Assembly: GCA_039638295.1 (NCBI GenBank)
Contig: JBDIWJ010000008.1
Location: 1-48,335 of the forward strand
Reading direction: 5' to 3'
Length of the DNA: 48,335 bases
Source: Candidatus Phoenicimicrobium oleiphilum
Lineage (GTDB): Bacteria > Atribacterota > Phoenicimicrobiia > Phoenicimicrobiales > Phoenicimicrobiaceae
Part shown: piece after piece, positions 1 to 8,937 of the stretch
Numbering within the stretch: position 1 is the stretch's first letter
Layout: the number at the start of each line of letters is the position of its first letter
Made by a program: the position numbers and the translations under genes
The notes under the pieces: model-generated
Database searches by the model: none
Told to the model about the DNA's origin: nothing
The model's input: only the letters and a program-made list of their open reading frames with translations

Positions 1-82
1 AGGGCTTACTTGCCGAAGCAGGAATCAAGGTAGATATTCCTGCCAAAACTGCAATTATAATTATAGTCTTATACCATTTCAT
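1..82 (-). CDS. 5' part of an exported/membrane protein (runs off window)
   Basis: ATG at 82 with AGGAGGA RBS (91-97); MKWYKTIIIIAVLAGISTLIPASASKP looks like a signal peptide. Confidence 0.65.
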   Translation of the reverse strand, partial: MKWYKTIIIIAVLAGISTLIPASASKP

Positions 83-217
83 CTTGTTTTTCCTCCTTTT
101 TGTTTATTATTAATTACGTATCTTTCTGAATATTTTTTAATAATCTTATTTAATTGTCCAAATCCTTATCTTCAACTTTGTAATCTTTTGAATTCATATA
201 GGAATATTCATCTTTTA

Positions 218-455
218 GGAATAATAGGGGAATAATAGGGACAGACACTTATTTATTAACTTTCTTCTCAGGTCTTCCTTTCGGCTTTAACTTAAAAAGC
301 CTCTTAAGCAGCCCTGGAATAGAGTGGTGATATGATGTAAATGCTAATAGCTCACTGTAATGATTTATGGCAATACCTGACATATAGCTAATATATTTCT
401 TTGGAAAAGTGATGACAATTAAAATAGGTGGCTGTCCCCATTTTCGCCATTTTCG
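218..455 (-). mobile_element. Internally deleted Y1 (RAYT/TIR-type tyrosine) transposase relic bounded by imperfect inverted repeats
   Basis: IRs GGGACAGACACTTATTT (238-254) / AAATAGGTGGCTGTCCCC (422-439). Minus strand retains MSGIA (383), LHHIT (340-326) and C-terminal KPKGRPEKKVNK* (stop 249-251), resembling the two ends of Y1 transposases. Confidence 0.55.
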
Positions 456-459
456 GAGT

Positions 460-1647
460 TTATTTTAGTTGCATAATTATTGCATCTTTAGGACACAACG
501 AAACACATCTTCCACATCGCTCGCATTTCTCCAAATCCAATTTTGCCTTATTGGTCACCTTATCGAGATAGATACCATCAAATATGCAATTGAAACATAA
601 TCCGCAACCAGTACATTTTTTTTCATCAACTGCAATATAAACCTTTTCTTTGGGTACAGCATGGGTTACAAACCATTTCTTTTTCCATTCAGGATCGATG
701 CAAGGAACTGCCTTCCCTATTATGTCCTGAACTCCTTTATAACCTTTTTGATCCAGAAAGTCTTCCAGTCCTTTAATAGCTTTATGGAGAATTTCAAAGC
801 CTTTGTAGGTAATTTCGGAATGAATACCAACTAATGTAGCTCCGGCCATCAATCGCTCTACTACTGACCTCCAATCATATACTCCACCTGTACTTAGTAT
901 AGGGATTTCAACAAGTGTGGAGGTAACCAAAGCTGTTTCAACTCCTATACCTCTTTGAGGTCTTCCCCACCCCGCAACATCAGGGCACATTAACTCTCCG
1001 GTATCAATATCAACAACAGGTGTGTTGACGTGTGCCTGTACATGCCATGCGTCTCCACCACCATCTTTTATTCCTCTGGCAAATTGTCTCAGGAAAAAAG
1101 AATGAGTCTCTGAAGTCTTCATTATTAGAGGTATTTTAACCGCTTTCTTTATAACCTTTAAAATATCTCTAAGATTTTCCTCTGTTGCCCCCTCTGCGCC
1201 TAATCCTGGTACCATGGGAACAGGGCAACACATCATAATTTCTATGGCATCAGCCCCTGCCTCTTCCATCAACTTAGCCATTTCCTCCCATTCATCCCAA
1301 GCCCTAGCAGGAGCTCCTATACTTGCGATAACTACACAATTCTCTTTCTTGGCAATTGGCATTATATCTTTAATCATTGCTGCTTCTTCTTGAGGAGTCT
1401 TAAAAGCAATTCCAGGAGATAGGTTCATAAAATTACCTTTTTCTACAAACTTATCCGGAAAACCCCTAGTTGCTCTTGTTACTATATACTCTTCTTCATG
1501 TTTGGAGCATGTTTTTAAGACAACTGCCCCAACACCTGTTTCAATTGATTTTATTGCTAATTTTGCTGTTAAAGTGGGATCTCCAGCAGAAACAAATATC
1601 GGATTTTTGAAATTTAAATTTTCAATTGATACAGCTAAATTGGCCAT
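460..1647 (-). CDS. Dihydroorotate/dihydropyrimidine dehydrogenase-family (PreA-like) FMN protein with C-terminal 2x[4Fe-4S] domain
   Basis: KNP..SAG, GAVVLKT, GADAIE..CCP, GGV..W, AGA motifs; CTGCGLCFNC and CERCGRCVSLCP ferredoxin motifs; AGGAGG RBS. Confidence 0.85.
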   Translation of the reverse strand: MANLAVSIENLNFKNPIFVSAGDPTLTAKLAIKSIETGVGAVVLKTCSKHEEEYIVTRATRGFPDKFVEKGNFMNLSPGIAFKTPQEEAAMIKDIMPIAKKENCVVIASIGAPARAWDEWEEMAKLMEEAGADAIEIMMCCPVPMVPGLGAEGATEENLRDILKVIKKAVKIPLIMKTSETHSFFLRQFARGIKDGGGDAWHVQAHVNTPVVDIDTGELMCPDVAGWGRPQRGIGVETALVTSTLVEIPILSTGGVYDWRSVVERLMAGATLVGIHSEITYKGFEILHKAIKGLEDFLDQKGYKGVQDIIGKAVPCIDPEWKKKWFVTHAVPKEKVYIAVDEKKCTGCGLCFNCIFDGIYLDKVTNKAKLDLEKCERCGRCVSLCPKDAIIMQLK

Positions 1648-1885
1648 ACGTTATTCCTCCTTGTTTAATTTTTAATTTTTTAAAATATTTTGAATTATCC
1701 ATTAGACCTTTTTCTTAGCACCTGCACTTCATTACCTCCTTCCTTATGTTTTTTATGCCTTCCGGCAAAGTAAAGAGTAATATTGTAAATAGATTAGTAG
1801 GGAAAACCAGAAACTATTTTTTCATTGATAATAATAAAAATATTTTATAATATATATTTTTTTTATCATAATATCATTCTGTAAT

Positions 1886-1939
1886 GTCAGTGTCAAAACT
1901 TTGGGTGTAGTTGTCTGTGTCAATACTTTGGGGGTAGTT
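1886..1939. repeat. Two tandem 27-bp copies resembling ISLre2-type terminal repeats
   Basis: GTCAGTGTCAAAACTTTGGGTGTAGTT / GTCTGTGTCAATACTTTGGGGGTAGTT (24/27 identical), downstream of the minus-strand ISLre2 remnant. Confidence 0.7.
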
Positions 1940-2114
1940 TTCTTTGGTGAAAAAATTTCCTCTGGTTTTGGGTAGACTTACCCCTTGTTTTACTAAGGCT
2001 TATTGTTTTTACCGATAAGTACAATTGTCCTTATACCCGTTTTCACGAGTACAAGTTTTATTTAAGTTACAGTAATACATTATAATTCACTTTCTTAAAT
2101 ATTTTTTTAACTTT

Positions 2115-2791
2115 CTAATAATATCCTACCTCAGAGAGCTTACGCAAAACACCCACCCAGGGTTTGCCCTGATCCGGTCCGGAAAGAGTAAGAGAGCCAG
2201 GGCCCCATTCTTACTCCAGCTCATCCCTTTCTTCTTAAAACGGGAGGCGATGACTTTATTGATGTTCGATTCTATCGCTCCGGTTCTCTCTATCCCTTTA
2301 TCCTTTAGTTTAAACTGATTGGTAATCCCCTTACGGTTACGGGATATGTAGGTGTAGAGCTTTACTAGATTATCTTTATCTTTTTGGTCATAGGGATCCC
2401 TGATCAGCTGGTCTATTCTTAATAAGGCCTGATCTATCTGATTAGAGAGAAGCAGGTCTTTTATTACCTTCTGTTCCTCTTTTCTTCTTGACAGAGATTC
2501 TTTAAATTTCTTAAAAAGATGATAAGGGCAGAGAAGATAAATAGAATTAGGAAAATACTCTTTTATCCCCGAGATGATCCAGGAATCTCCGTCTCCTCCG
2601 AAGAGGACCTTTTTTACTTTAGAGAGGGAGAGTCTTTCCTCGGCTAAAAGACTTAATTTTTCCATAAAGTCTTTTCCTGTATCCACAAAGGTGAATTTCT
2701 CCTTGAGTCTTTTGGATTTACCAGTAGAATAGCGGGGTTCTTTACCGGTATAACCTACCCCCAGTTTTACTGCCAGCTTCCCGCCTTTTTT
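2115..2791 (-). pseudogene. ISLre2-family (UPF0236) transposase remnant: 5' end cut by IS3, internal deletion near 3' end
   Basis: GDGDSWI, LCPYHL, GAIESNINKVIASRFKKKGMSWS motifs. The true C-terminus SGPDQGKPWVGVLRKL..* lies in another frame after GALALL. Confidence 0.85.
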
Positions 2792-2887
2792 TGGACTGCA
2801 CACCCCCGACTGGACACACTTAGGAAAAAATAAGACTTGTTATATAATAAAATAACAAGCAAGAGGAACAAAGGAGGGGCAAAGATA

Positions 2888-3235
2888 ATGGGTATCAAAA
2901 AAAGAAAATATTCTAAAGAACAAAAAGAAGAAATTGTACAAAGAGCACTAAGCGGTGAAAGGATCCTGGAATTAGGAAAAGAGAATAATATTCCCCCCGG
3001 ACTTATCAACCGCTGGAAGAGACAATATTTGGATGGAGAATTAAGTAATAATACCAATCAGGAAGTAAAAAAACTAGAGACACAAGTAGCCAAACTTGAG
3101 CAGATGATCGGCAAACTTACCATGGAGAACTATATTTTAAAAAAAGAGAAAGAATACATACGAAAGAGGAAAAAAGAGGGTTCATCTATTATTACCGCTT
3201 CCTATTTAAATCCATCAAAGAAGGCTGCAGGCTAA
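2888..3235 (+). CDS. IS3 OrfA (HTH + leucine zipper)
   Basis: RKYSKEQKEEIV...INRWKRQY; AAGGAGG RBS; A7 slippery site at 3139-3145. Confidence 0.85.
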   Translation: MGIKKRKYSKEQKEEIVQRALSGERILELGKENNIPPGLINRWKRQYLDGELSNNTNQEVKKLETQVAKLEQMIGKLTMENYILKKEKEYIRKRKKEGSSIITASYLNPSKKAAG

Positions 3236-4046
3236 TGAATATAAAAAGATCTGCCCTTTACTATAAGCCAAAAAAGAATATAAATAAAAAGCAAAAAGAA
3301 TTAAGGATTAGAAAAAAGATAGAGGATATCTCCCGTGAACATCCCTATTACGGTTATAGAAGAATAACCGCTTCCCTAAGAAGAGATAAGGTAATAGTAA
3401 ATCATAAGAAGGTATTAAAGATAATGAAGGAATTAGGTATCCAAGGCCGAATAAAACGTAAGTATATAACTACTACCAATAGCAAACATAATAATAAAAT
3501 ATACTCTAATTTAGTAAAAGATAAAGAGCTTACCGGTATCAATCAAGTCTGGTGTGCGGATATCACCTTATCAGGATACTTAACGGTTTTGTCTACCTCG
3601 CCGCCATCATAGATATCTATTCACGAAAAATAGTAGGTTATGCTATAGGTAAAACCTTATCTCCTAAACTTGCCATTGTTGCTTTAAATATGGCTATAGC
3701 TACTAGAAATACTGATAACCTGATTCATCATTCCGATCAGGGTATCCAGTATACCTGTAAAGATTATATAAAAATATTAAAGGATAAGGGTATCAGAATA
3801 AGTATGTCCGGAAAAGGCAATCCTTATGATAATGCCTTTGTCGAATCGTTCTTTAAAACTCTGAAACAGGAGGAGGTATATTTATGGGAATATGAAACCT
3901 TTTCTGATGTTATAGAAAGGATTCCCTATTTTATAGAAGATGTGTATAATAATAAAAGGTTGCATTCCTCTTTGGGGTATCGGCCTCCAGAGGAAAACGA
4001 GAGGTTATTGGCAAAGAATGGCTCTCAGGAATGCATGGTGTGTTAA
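3235..4046 (+). pseudogene. IS3 OrfB DDE integrase-like transposase with 1-nt frameshift
   Basis: YGYRRI, VWCADIT / (Y)IRILNGFVYLA split at ~3569 (ACC TT ATC instead of ACC TAT ATC); HHSDQG, DNAFVESFFKTLKQE. Confidence 0.85.
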
Positions 4047-4080
4047 GACTTAAAGTGTCTAGCCTAAGGGGTTCACTCCA

Positions 4081-4533
4081 TTAGCCAATCGTTTCAAAAA
4101 GAGGGGGAGGAGATAGAGTATACCCGGGGCCTTAAGTCTGGCCAAGGTAGGAGAAAAGATCATCAATAAGGAATGGGATGGCTGGTGGTCTAAAGAAATT
4201 ACTCAGTTAGAACCTGATGGAATGAAGTTAGAAAAGGTATTCTCTCTTGATTTTGATAAAGGAGATAAATACGATCAAACCTATTCCCTCCCGGCCCTCT
4301 CTGGACCTCATCAGGATAGGCCCTGGGTAAAATCATTGAAGAGATTGGTAAGTATAGATTAAATATTTAAAGAAGGGACTAAGTTTAGGATGAATAATAT
4401 ATTTATTTTAGAAGATAGTTTAGTAGGTTTGTTTTATATTAAACTTCATAAGTATTTGTCTTTCTTTTCGTGAATTAAAATTAAATAATTTTTTTGAGGT
4501 AAGAAAAACCCCCACAAGTTCTTGAAACCAACC
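4081..4533 (+). pseudogene. Second, different ISLre2-family remnant (3' end plus right terminus)
   Basis: ANRFKKRG then (frameshifted) SIPGALSLAKVGEKIINKEWDGWW...LPALSGPHQDRPWVKSLKRL..* (stop 4360-4362); end-like CCCACAAGTTCTTGAAACCAACC at ~4511-4533. Confidence 0.7.
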
Positions 4534-4613
4534 AGTAAAAAGGGTTTTTTGATTTAAATGGCGAATTATGTATATAATAAAAAAAATAAACATAATAAAT
4601 CAAACCCTATATT

Positions 4614-4701
4614 GAGATTGCTTCATTGCTTTGCTCCTCACAATGACATTTTGATAGATTCCTGCTGGAATTCTCCCTCGCAAATGCGGGGGCAGGAATG
4701 A
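4614..4701. repeat. Two degenerate palindromic REP-like units (GAGATTGCTTC...CAATGAC and AGATTCCTGC...GCAGGAATGA)
   Basis: Hairpin-forming GC-richer units resembling widespread CGTC/ATGAC-tagged repeats, upstream of the ubiB-like gene. Confidence 0.5.
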
Positions 4702-4718
4702 TATAAGGATGGGAAAAT

Positions 4719-6401
4719 ATGGTTTTTACAAAATTAAAGAGAAGATATAAAAATATTAATCGACTTCGACAGATAACTACTATTTTAATTAAGTATGGAT
4801 TCGATTATTTTGTAAAACAGCTGGGATTGACTAATCTAATTTCTAAAGGCGAAAAAATCCTTAAACTAAAACCTTCTAAAATAGCTCAACTACCTCTTCC
4901 AGTAAGAGTTCGTCTTGCCCTTGAAGAATTAGGTCCCACATTTATTAAATTAGGTCAAATATTAAGTACCAGACCTGATTTAATCCCTTCAGATTATATT
5001 AAAGAATTACAAAAGCTACAGGATGAAGTCCCTCCTTTTGCCTATGAGCAGGTTGAAGAACTGCTAAAAGGAGAACTAGGGGCTGATGTTTCAGAAATAT
5101 TTAAATCGTTCGAGCAGATACCTTCTGCTGCTGCTTCTTTAGGTCAAGTTCACCAGGCAATACTGGAAGATGGGGATAAAGTAGTAGTAAAAGTTCAACG
5201 TCCTAATATTGAAAAGGTAATTGAAACTGATTTAGATATCCTCTTTCACTTAGCTCGCCTTACCGAAAGAAGTATTCCCGCCAGCAGACTATATGAGCCA
5301 GTGAGAATAGTTGAGGAATTTGCTAAAACTATAAGACTTGAGCTGGATTATGGAACCGAAGGGAGAAACGCAGACAGGTTCAGAAAGAATTTTAAAGATG
5401 AGAAGATTGTCTACACCCCAAAAATATATTGGGGATTAAGCAGTAAAAGAATCTTAACTATGGAACTTATCCAGGGGATAAAAATAAATGCTATCGAAGA
5501 ATTAGATAAAGCAGGTTATGACAGAAAGAAAATAGCTGAAAATGGAGCCAAAGCTTTTATGAAGCAGATATTAATCGATGGATTTTTCCACGCCGACCCT
5601 CATCCAGGAAATATACTGGTGATGAAGGGTGAAATTATCGGTTTTATGGATTTTGGAATGATGGGACAACTGGATGAAGAAACCCGAGAAAAAGGAATAG
5701 ACTTATTTATTGCCTTAATTGAACGTAATCCTGATAAAATTATAAATGAAATGTTAGATTTGGGAATTGCTACCCAGGAAATTGATACTCGTTCTCTAAA
5801 GATAGATATTAAAGAAATGATAGACCGATATTATGATAAACCATTAAAAGAGATTAAATTAGGTGAATTAATTAATCAGTTAGTGGAAATCTCTATAAAA
5901 TATCAGATAAAGATGCCTGCGGAATTTGCTTTGCTCGGTAAATCACTCTTGACCATTGAAGGTATTGGATTAGAACTTGACCCTGAATTTAATCTTGCTG
6001 GAATAGCCAAACCATATGTAAAAGAGCTTATTCTGGAGAGAAAAAGCCCTCAGCGTCTTTTTATAAAATTTTTAAATGATTTAGATGAACTTTATAATTT
6101 AATTATCTTGATACCTCGACAGTTAAATAAGACTTTGAAAAAGATGGAAAAAGGTACCTTTAAATTAGAATTCCAGCATCGAGGTTTAGAAAATTTAATT
6201 AGTGCTTTAGACAAGGCGGCTAATCGGATAGCTTATAGTCTTATTCTCGCAGCCATTATCGTTGGCTCATCTTTAATTATGCAGACCGATAAAGGACCTC
6301 ATTTTATGGGATTTCCGGTTATTGGAGTACTTGGTTTTTTAATTGCAGCGATATTGGGCTTAGGTTTAGTGATTATAATTATCCGTTCGGGAAAGATGTG
6401 A
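4719..6401 (+). CDS. ABC1/UbiB-family atypical protein kinase with C-terminal TM helices
   Basis: LGPTFIKLGQILSTRPDL, AAASLGQVH, VVVKVQRP, FFHADPHPGN, DFG. Confidence 0.92.
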   Translation: MVFTKLKRRYKNINRLRQITTILIKYGFDYFVKQLGLTNLISKGEKILKLKPSKIAQLPLPVRVRLALEELGPTFIKLGQILSTRPDLIPSDYIKELQKLQDEVPPFAYEQVEELLKGELGADVSEIFKSFEQIPSAAASLGQVHQAILEDGDKVVVKVQRPNIEKVIETDLDILFHLARLTERSIPASRLYEPVRIVEEFAKTIRLELDYGTEGRNADRFRKNFKDEKIVYTPKIYWGLSSKRILTMELIQGIKINAIEELDKAGYDRKKIAENGAKAFMKQILIDGFFHADPHPGNILVMKGEIIGFMDFGMMGQLDEETREKGIDLFIALIERNPDKIINEMLDLGIATQEIDTRSLKIDIKEMIDRYYDKPLKEIKLGELINQLVEISIKYQIKMPAEFALLGKSLLTIEGIGLELDPEFNLAGIAKPYVKELILERKSPQRLFIKFLNDLDELYNLIILIPRQLNKTLKKMEKGTFKLEFQHRGLENLISALDKAANRIAYSLILAAIIVGSSLIMQTDKGPHFMGFPVIGVLGFLIAAILGLGLVIIIIRSGKM

Positions 6402-6444
6402 AATTTAACATTTAAAATATTCCGCAATTGGGATATAAAAGATT

Positions 6445-8922
6445 ATGATAGTTAAAAAAGATAGCGATTTTCCTTTATATATAGGAATATTCTTCTTTTC
6501 TACTTCAGTCCTACTCTTTGAACTTTCTCTTACCCGAGTATTTTCTATTTTGCAGTGGAATTATCTGGCTTTTATGATTATCAGTATTGCCTTTTTAGGA
6601 TATGGGGCAAGTGGGACTTTTTTATCGGTCTTTTCTGGTTTGCTGAAGAAAGCAGAAGATAAAAACTTATATAAATATCTCCTTTTCTTTTCTCTTCTTT
6701 TCTCGCTGGGCTCTTTACTCTCTATACTTATAATCTCTAAAGTCCCCTTTGACCTTTACAGGGTGATTATGGATAGATATCAATTACTATATCTGGTGAT
6801 TTATTATCTGGCTATCGCCATACCCTTTTTCTTTGCCGGAACTTGTATCTCTCTAGCCATATCTAAATTGCCTGAAAAGGTAAATAAAATATATTTTTGT
6901 GATTTAGGGGGAGCATCTGTAGGGTGTATCTCTTTTTTAGTTCTGGCCAATTATATAAGTTTGAGCCAATTATTAATCTTTCCTCCCCTTCTTTCTTTTC
7001 TTGCTTCTTTCTTATTTTCTCTGAAACTAAAAGATAGAAGATCAATAATTTATGCTGTAGGTATATTTCTTTTTATCGTCTTGTTTGGTGGTGCTGAGAG
7101 TTTTTATTCTTTCCCAATAAATCCTTATAAAAGTCTATTTACTTTACTGCGTTATCCTCAGTCAAAAATAATAGAAAGACGTGAGAATAGTTTCTCTCGA
7201 TTGGAAGTGGTAGAAAGCGAGGGGGTAAAATATGCTCCCGGGTTGAGTCTTAACTTTTCACGAGAAATCCCTGAACAGTTAGGAATGGTTACCGATGGTG
7301 ATGGTTTGAGTGCAATTACCAGATTAGAGGGGGAGACTAATTTAGAAGGATTGAAAAAAATAGAATTTTTAGATTACATCTCATCTGCCATAGGGTTTCA
7401 TCTTATAAAGGATAAAGATAATCGAGAAAAGATATTAATAATTGGACCAGGAGGAGGGTTAGATGTCTTAGGTGGAATTTATAATAAAGCAGAAGAAATC
7501 TGGGGGATTGAAATGAATCCCAATGTTAAAACCTTAATGCAAAATAATTATGCTGATTACTCTGGAAACATTTACAATCGTAGAGGGATAAATATTTTAA
7601 CTGGTGAAGGAAGAAGTGTATTAAAAGGATTAGACCAAAAATTTGATTTGATTCAAATCTCTTTAATCGGTTCTTCCCATACTGCCTCGGGAGGATTTTA
7701 CAGCATATCTGAAAATTATCTTTATACGGTAGAGGGGTTTATAGACTTTTGGCAGCATCTTTCTGAGGAAGGAAAATTAAGTATTACTCGCTGGTTAAAA
7801 TTTCCTCCTCGAGAGATTGTGCGGCTTTGCAGTATCAGTCTGGAAGCTCTCAATCGAATGGGAATAGAAAGACCAGAAAATCATCTGGCGGTAATTCGAA
7901 GCTGGGCTACCACTACCCTGATTTTAAGTAAAAATGAGATAGAGAAACAAGAAATAAAGAAAATTAAAGATTTTTGTAATAAAAGAAGTTTTGACACGGT
8001 GTATTTCCCGGGGATTAAAGCGGAAGATGCTAACATAAATCATATTCTGGAGGAGAGTTATTATTATCAAGAAATAACGCAATTGGTAGATAGTTTTAAG
8101 GAGGGTAACTTAAAGAATTTTTATGATAGTTATTTCTTCAATGTTTCAGCAGTTACTGATAATCAACCATATTTTTTCTATACTTTGAAATGGAAAAACA
8201 TCCCCAAGATTGTAAAAAGTACAGCTAACTGGCAGCCCTTAATAGAATGGGGGAATTTAATTATATTCGCCACCTTTCTGCAGGGGATAATATTTAGTAT
8301 CATTTTTATATTTTTACCTCTTTTTTTAAAGAAATTTCCGACAATTAAGAGAGGTATAAAAGTTCCTTTTTTGCTCTATTTTACCTCTTTAGGTCTGGGA
8401 TATATGCTTTTAGAAATATCTTTTATTCAGAAATTTATTCTTTATCTAACTCATCCCAGTTATTCTACTTCGATTATTATCTTTTCTTTTTTATTCTTCT
8501 CAGGTCTGGGAAGTTTTTATTCTAAAAAGATAGAGAGGAATTATATTGGTAGCCTGAAAATTATTATCTTTGTTCTTTGTGGTCTATTAATAGCTTACCA
8601 ATTTATTTTGCCTTATGTTTTCAATAATACTTTGAAATATAGCTTATTAGTAAGAATATTTATTACGGTGGGGTTAATCTTTCCTTTAGGTTTTTTAATG
8701 GGAATGCCTTTTCCTTTAGGGATAAGGTTGGTCAGTTTAATTGAACAAGGAAAGGGGAAAGGGTTAATCCCCTGGTTGTGGGCAACCAACAGTTTTTGTT
8801 CAATTATTGCCTCAGTCTCCGCAGTTATAATTGCCCTCTTTTTTGGTTTTAAATTAGTAGCTATATTAGCCGCTTTGATATATCTTTTCGGATTTATTAG
8901 TATAAATTATTCTAAAAATTAA
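6445..8922 (+). CDS. Polytopic membrane protein with central spermidine-synthase-like SAM-binding domain
   Basis: N- and C-terminal TM bundles; LIIGPGGGLDV, IEMNP, GEGR, ENYLYTVEG, TDNQPYFF. Confidence 0.8.
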   Translation: MIVKKDSDFPLYIGIFFFSTSVLLFELSLTRVFSILQWNYLAFMIISIAFLGYGASGTFLSVFSGLLKKAEDKNLYKYLLFFSLLFSLGSLLSILIISKVPFDLYRVIMDRYQLLYLVIYYLAIAIPFFFAGTCISLAISKLPEKVNKIYFCDLGGASVGCISFLVLANYISLSQLLIFPPLLSFLASFLFSLKLKDRRSIIYAVGIFLFIVLFGGAESFYSFPINPYKSLFTLLRYPQSKIIERRENSFSRLEVVESEGVKYAPGLSLNFSREIPEQLGMVTDGDGLSAITRLEGETNLEGLKKIEFLDYISSAIGFHLIKDKDNREKILIIGPGGGLDVLGGIYNKAEEIWGIEMNPNVKTLMQNNYADYSGNIYNRRGINILTGEGRSVLKGLDQKFDLIQISLIGSSHTASGGFYSISENYLYTVEGFIDFWQHLSEEGKLSITRWLKFPPREIVRLCSISLEALNRMGIERPENHLAVIRSWATTTLILSKNEIEKQEIKKIKDFCNKRSFDTVYFPGIKAEDANINHILEESYYYQEITQLVDSFKEGNLKNFYDSYFFNVSAVTDNQPYFFYTLKWKNIPKIVKSTANWQPLIEWGNLIIFATFLQGIIFSIIFIFLPLFLKKFPTIKRGIKVPFLLYFTSLGLGYMLLEISFIQKFILYLTHPSYSTSIIIFSFLFFSGLGSFYSKKIERNYIGSLKIIIFVLCGLLIAYQFILPYVFNNTLKYSLLVRIFITVGLIFPLGFLMGMPFPLGIRLVSLIEQGKGKGLIPWLWATNSFCSIIASVSAVIIALFFGFKLVAILAALIYLFGFISINYSKN

Positions 8923-8937
8923 TTTTGTCATTTTATC

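Larger units (their letters stand above)
2792..4080 (+). mobile_element. IS3-family insertion sequence (1289 bp)
   Basis: TG...CA ends with imperfect 26-bp IRs (TGGACTGCACACCCCCGACTGGACAC vs rc TGGAGTGAACCCCTTAGGCTAGACAC, 18/26); orfA/orfB organisation. Confidence 0.9.
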
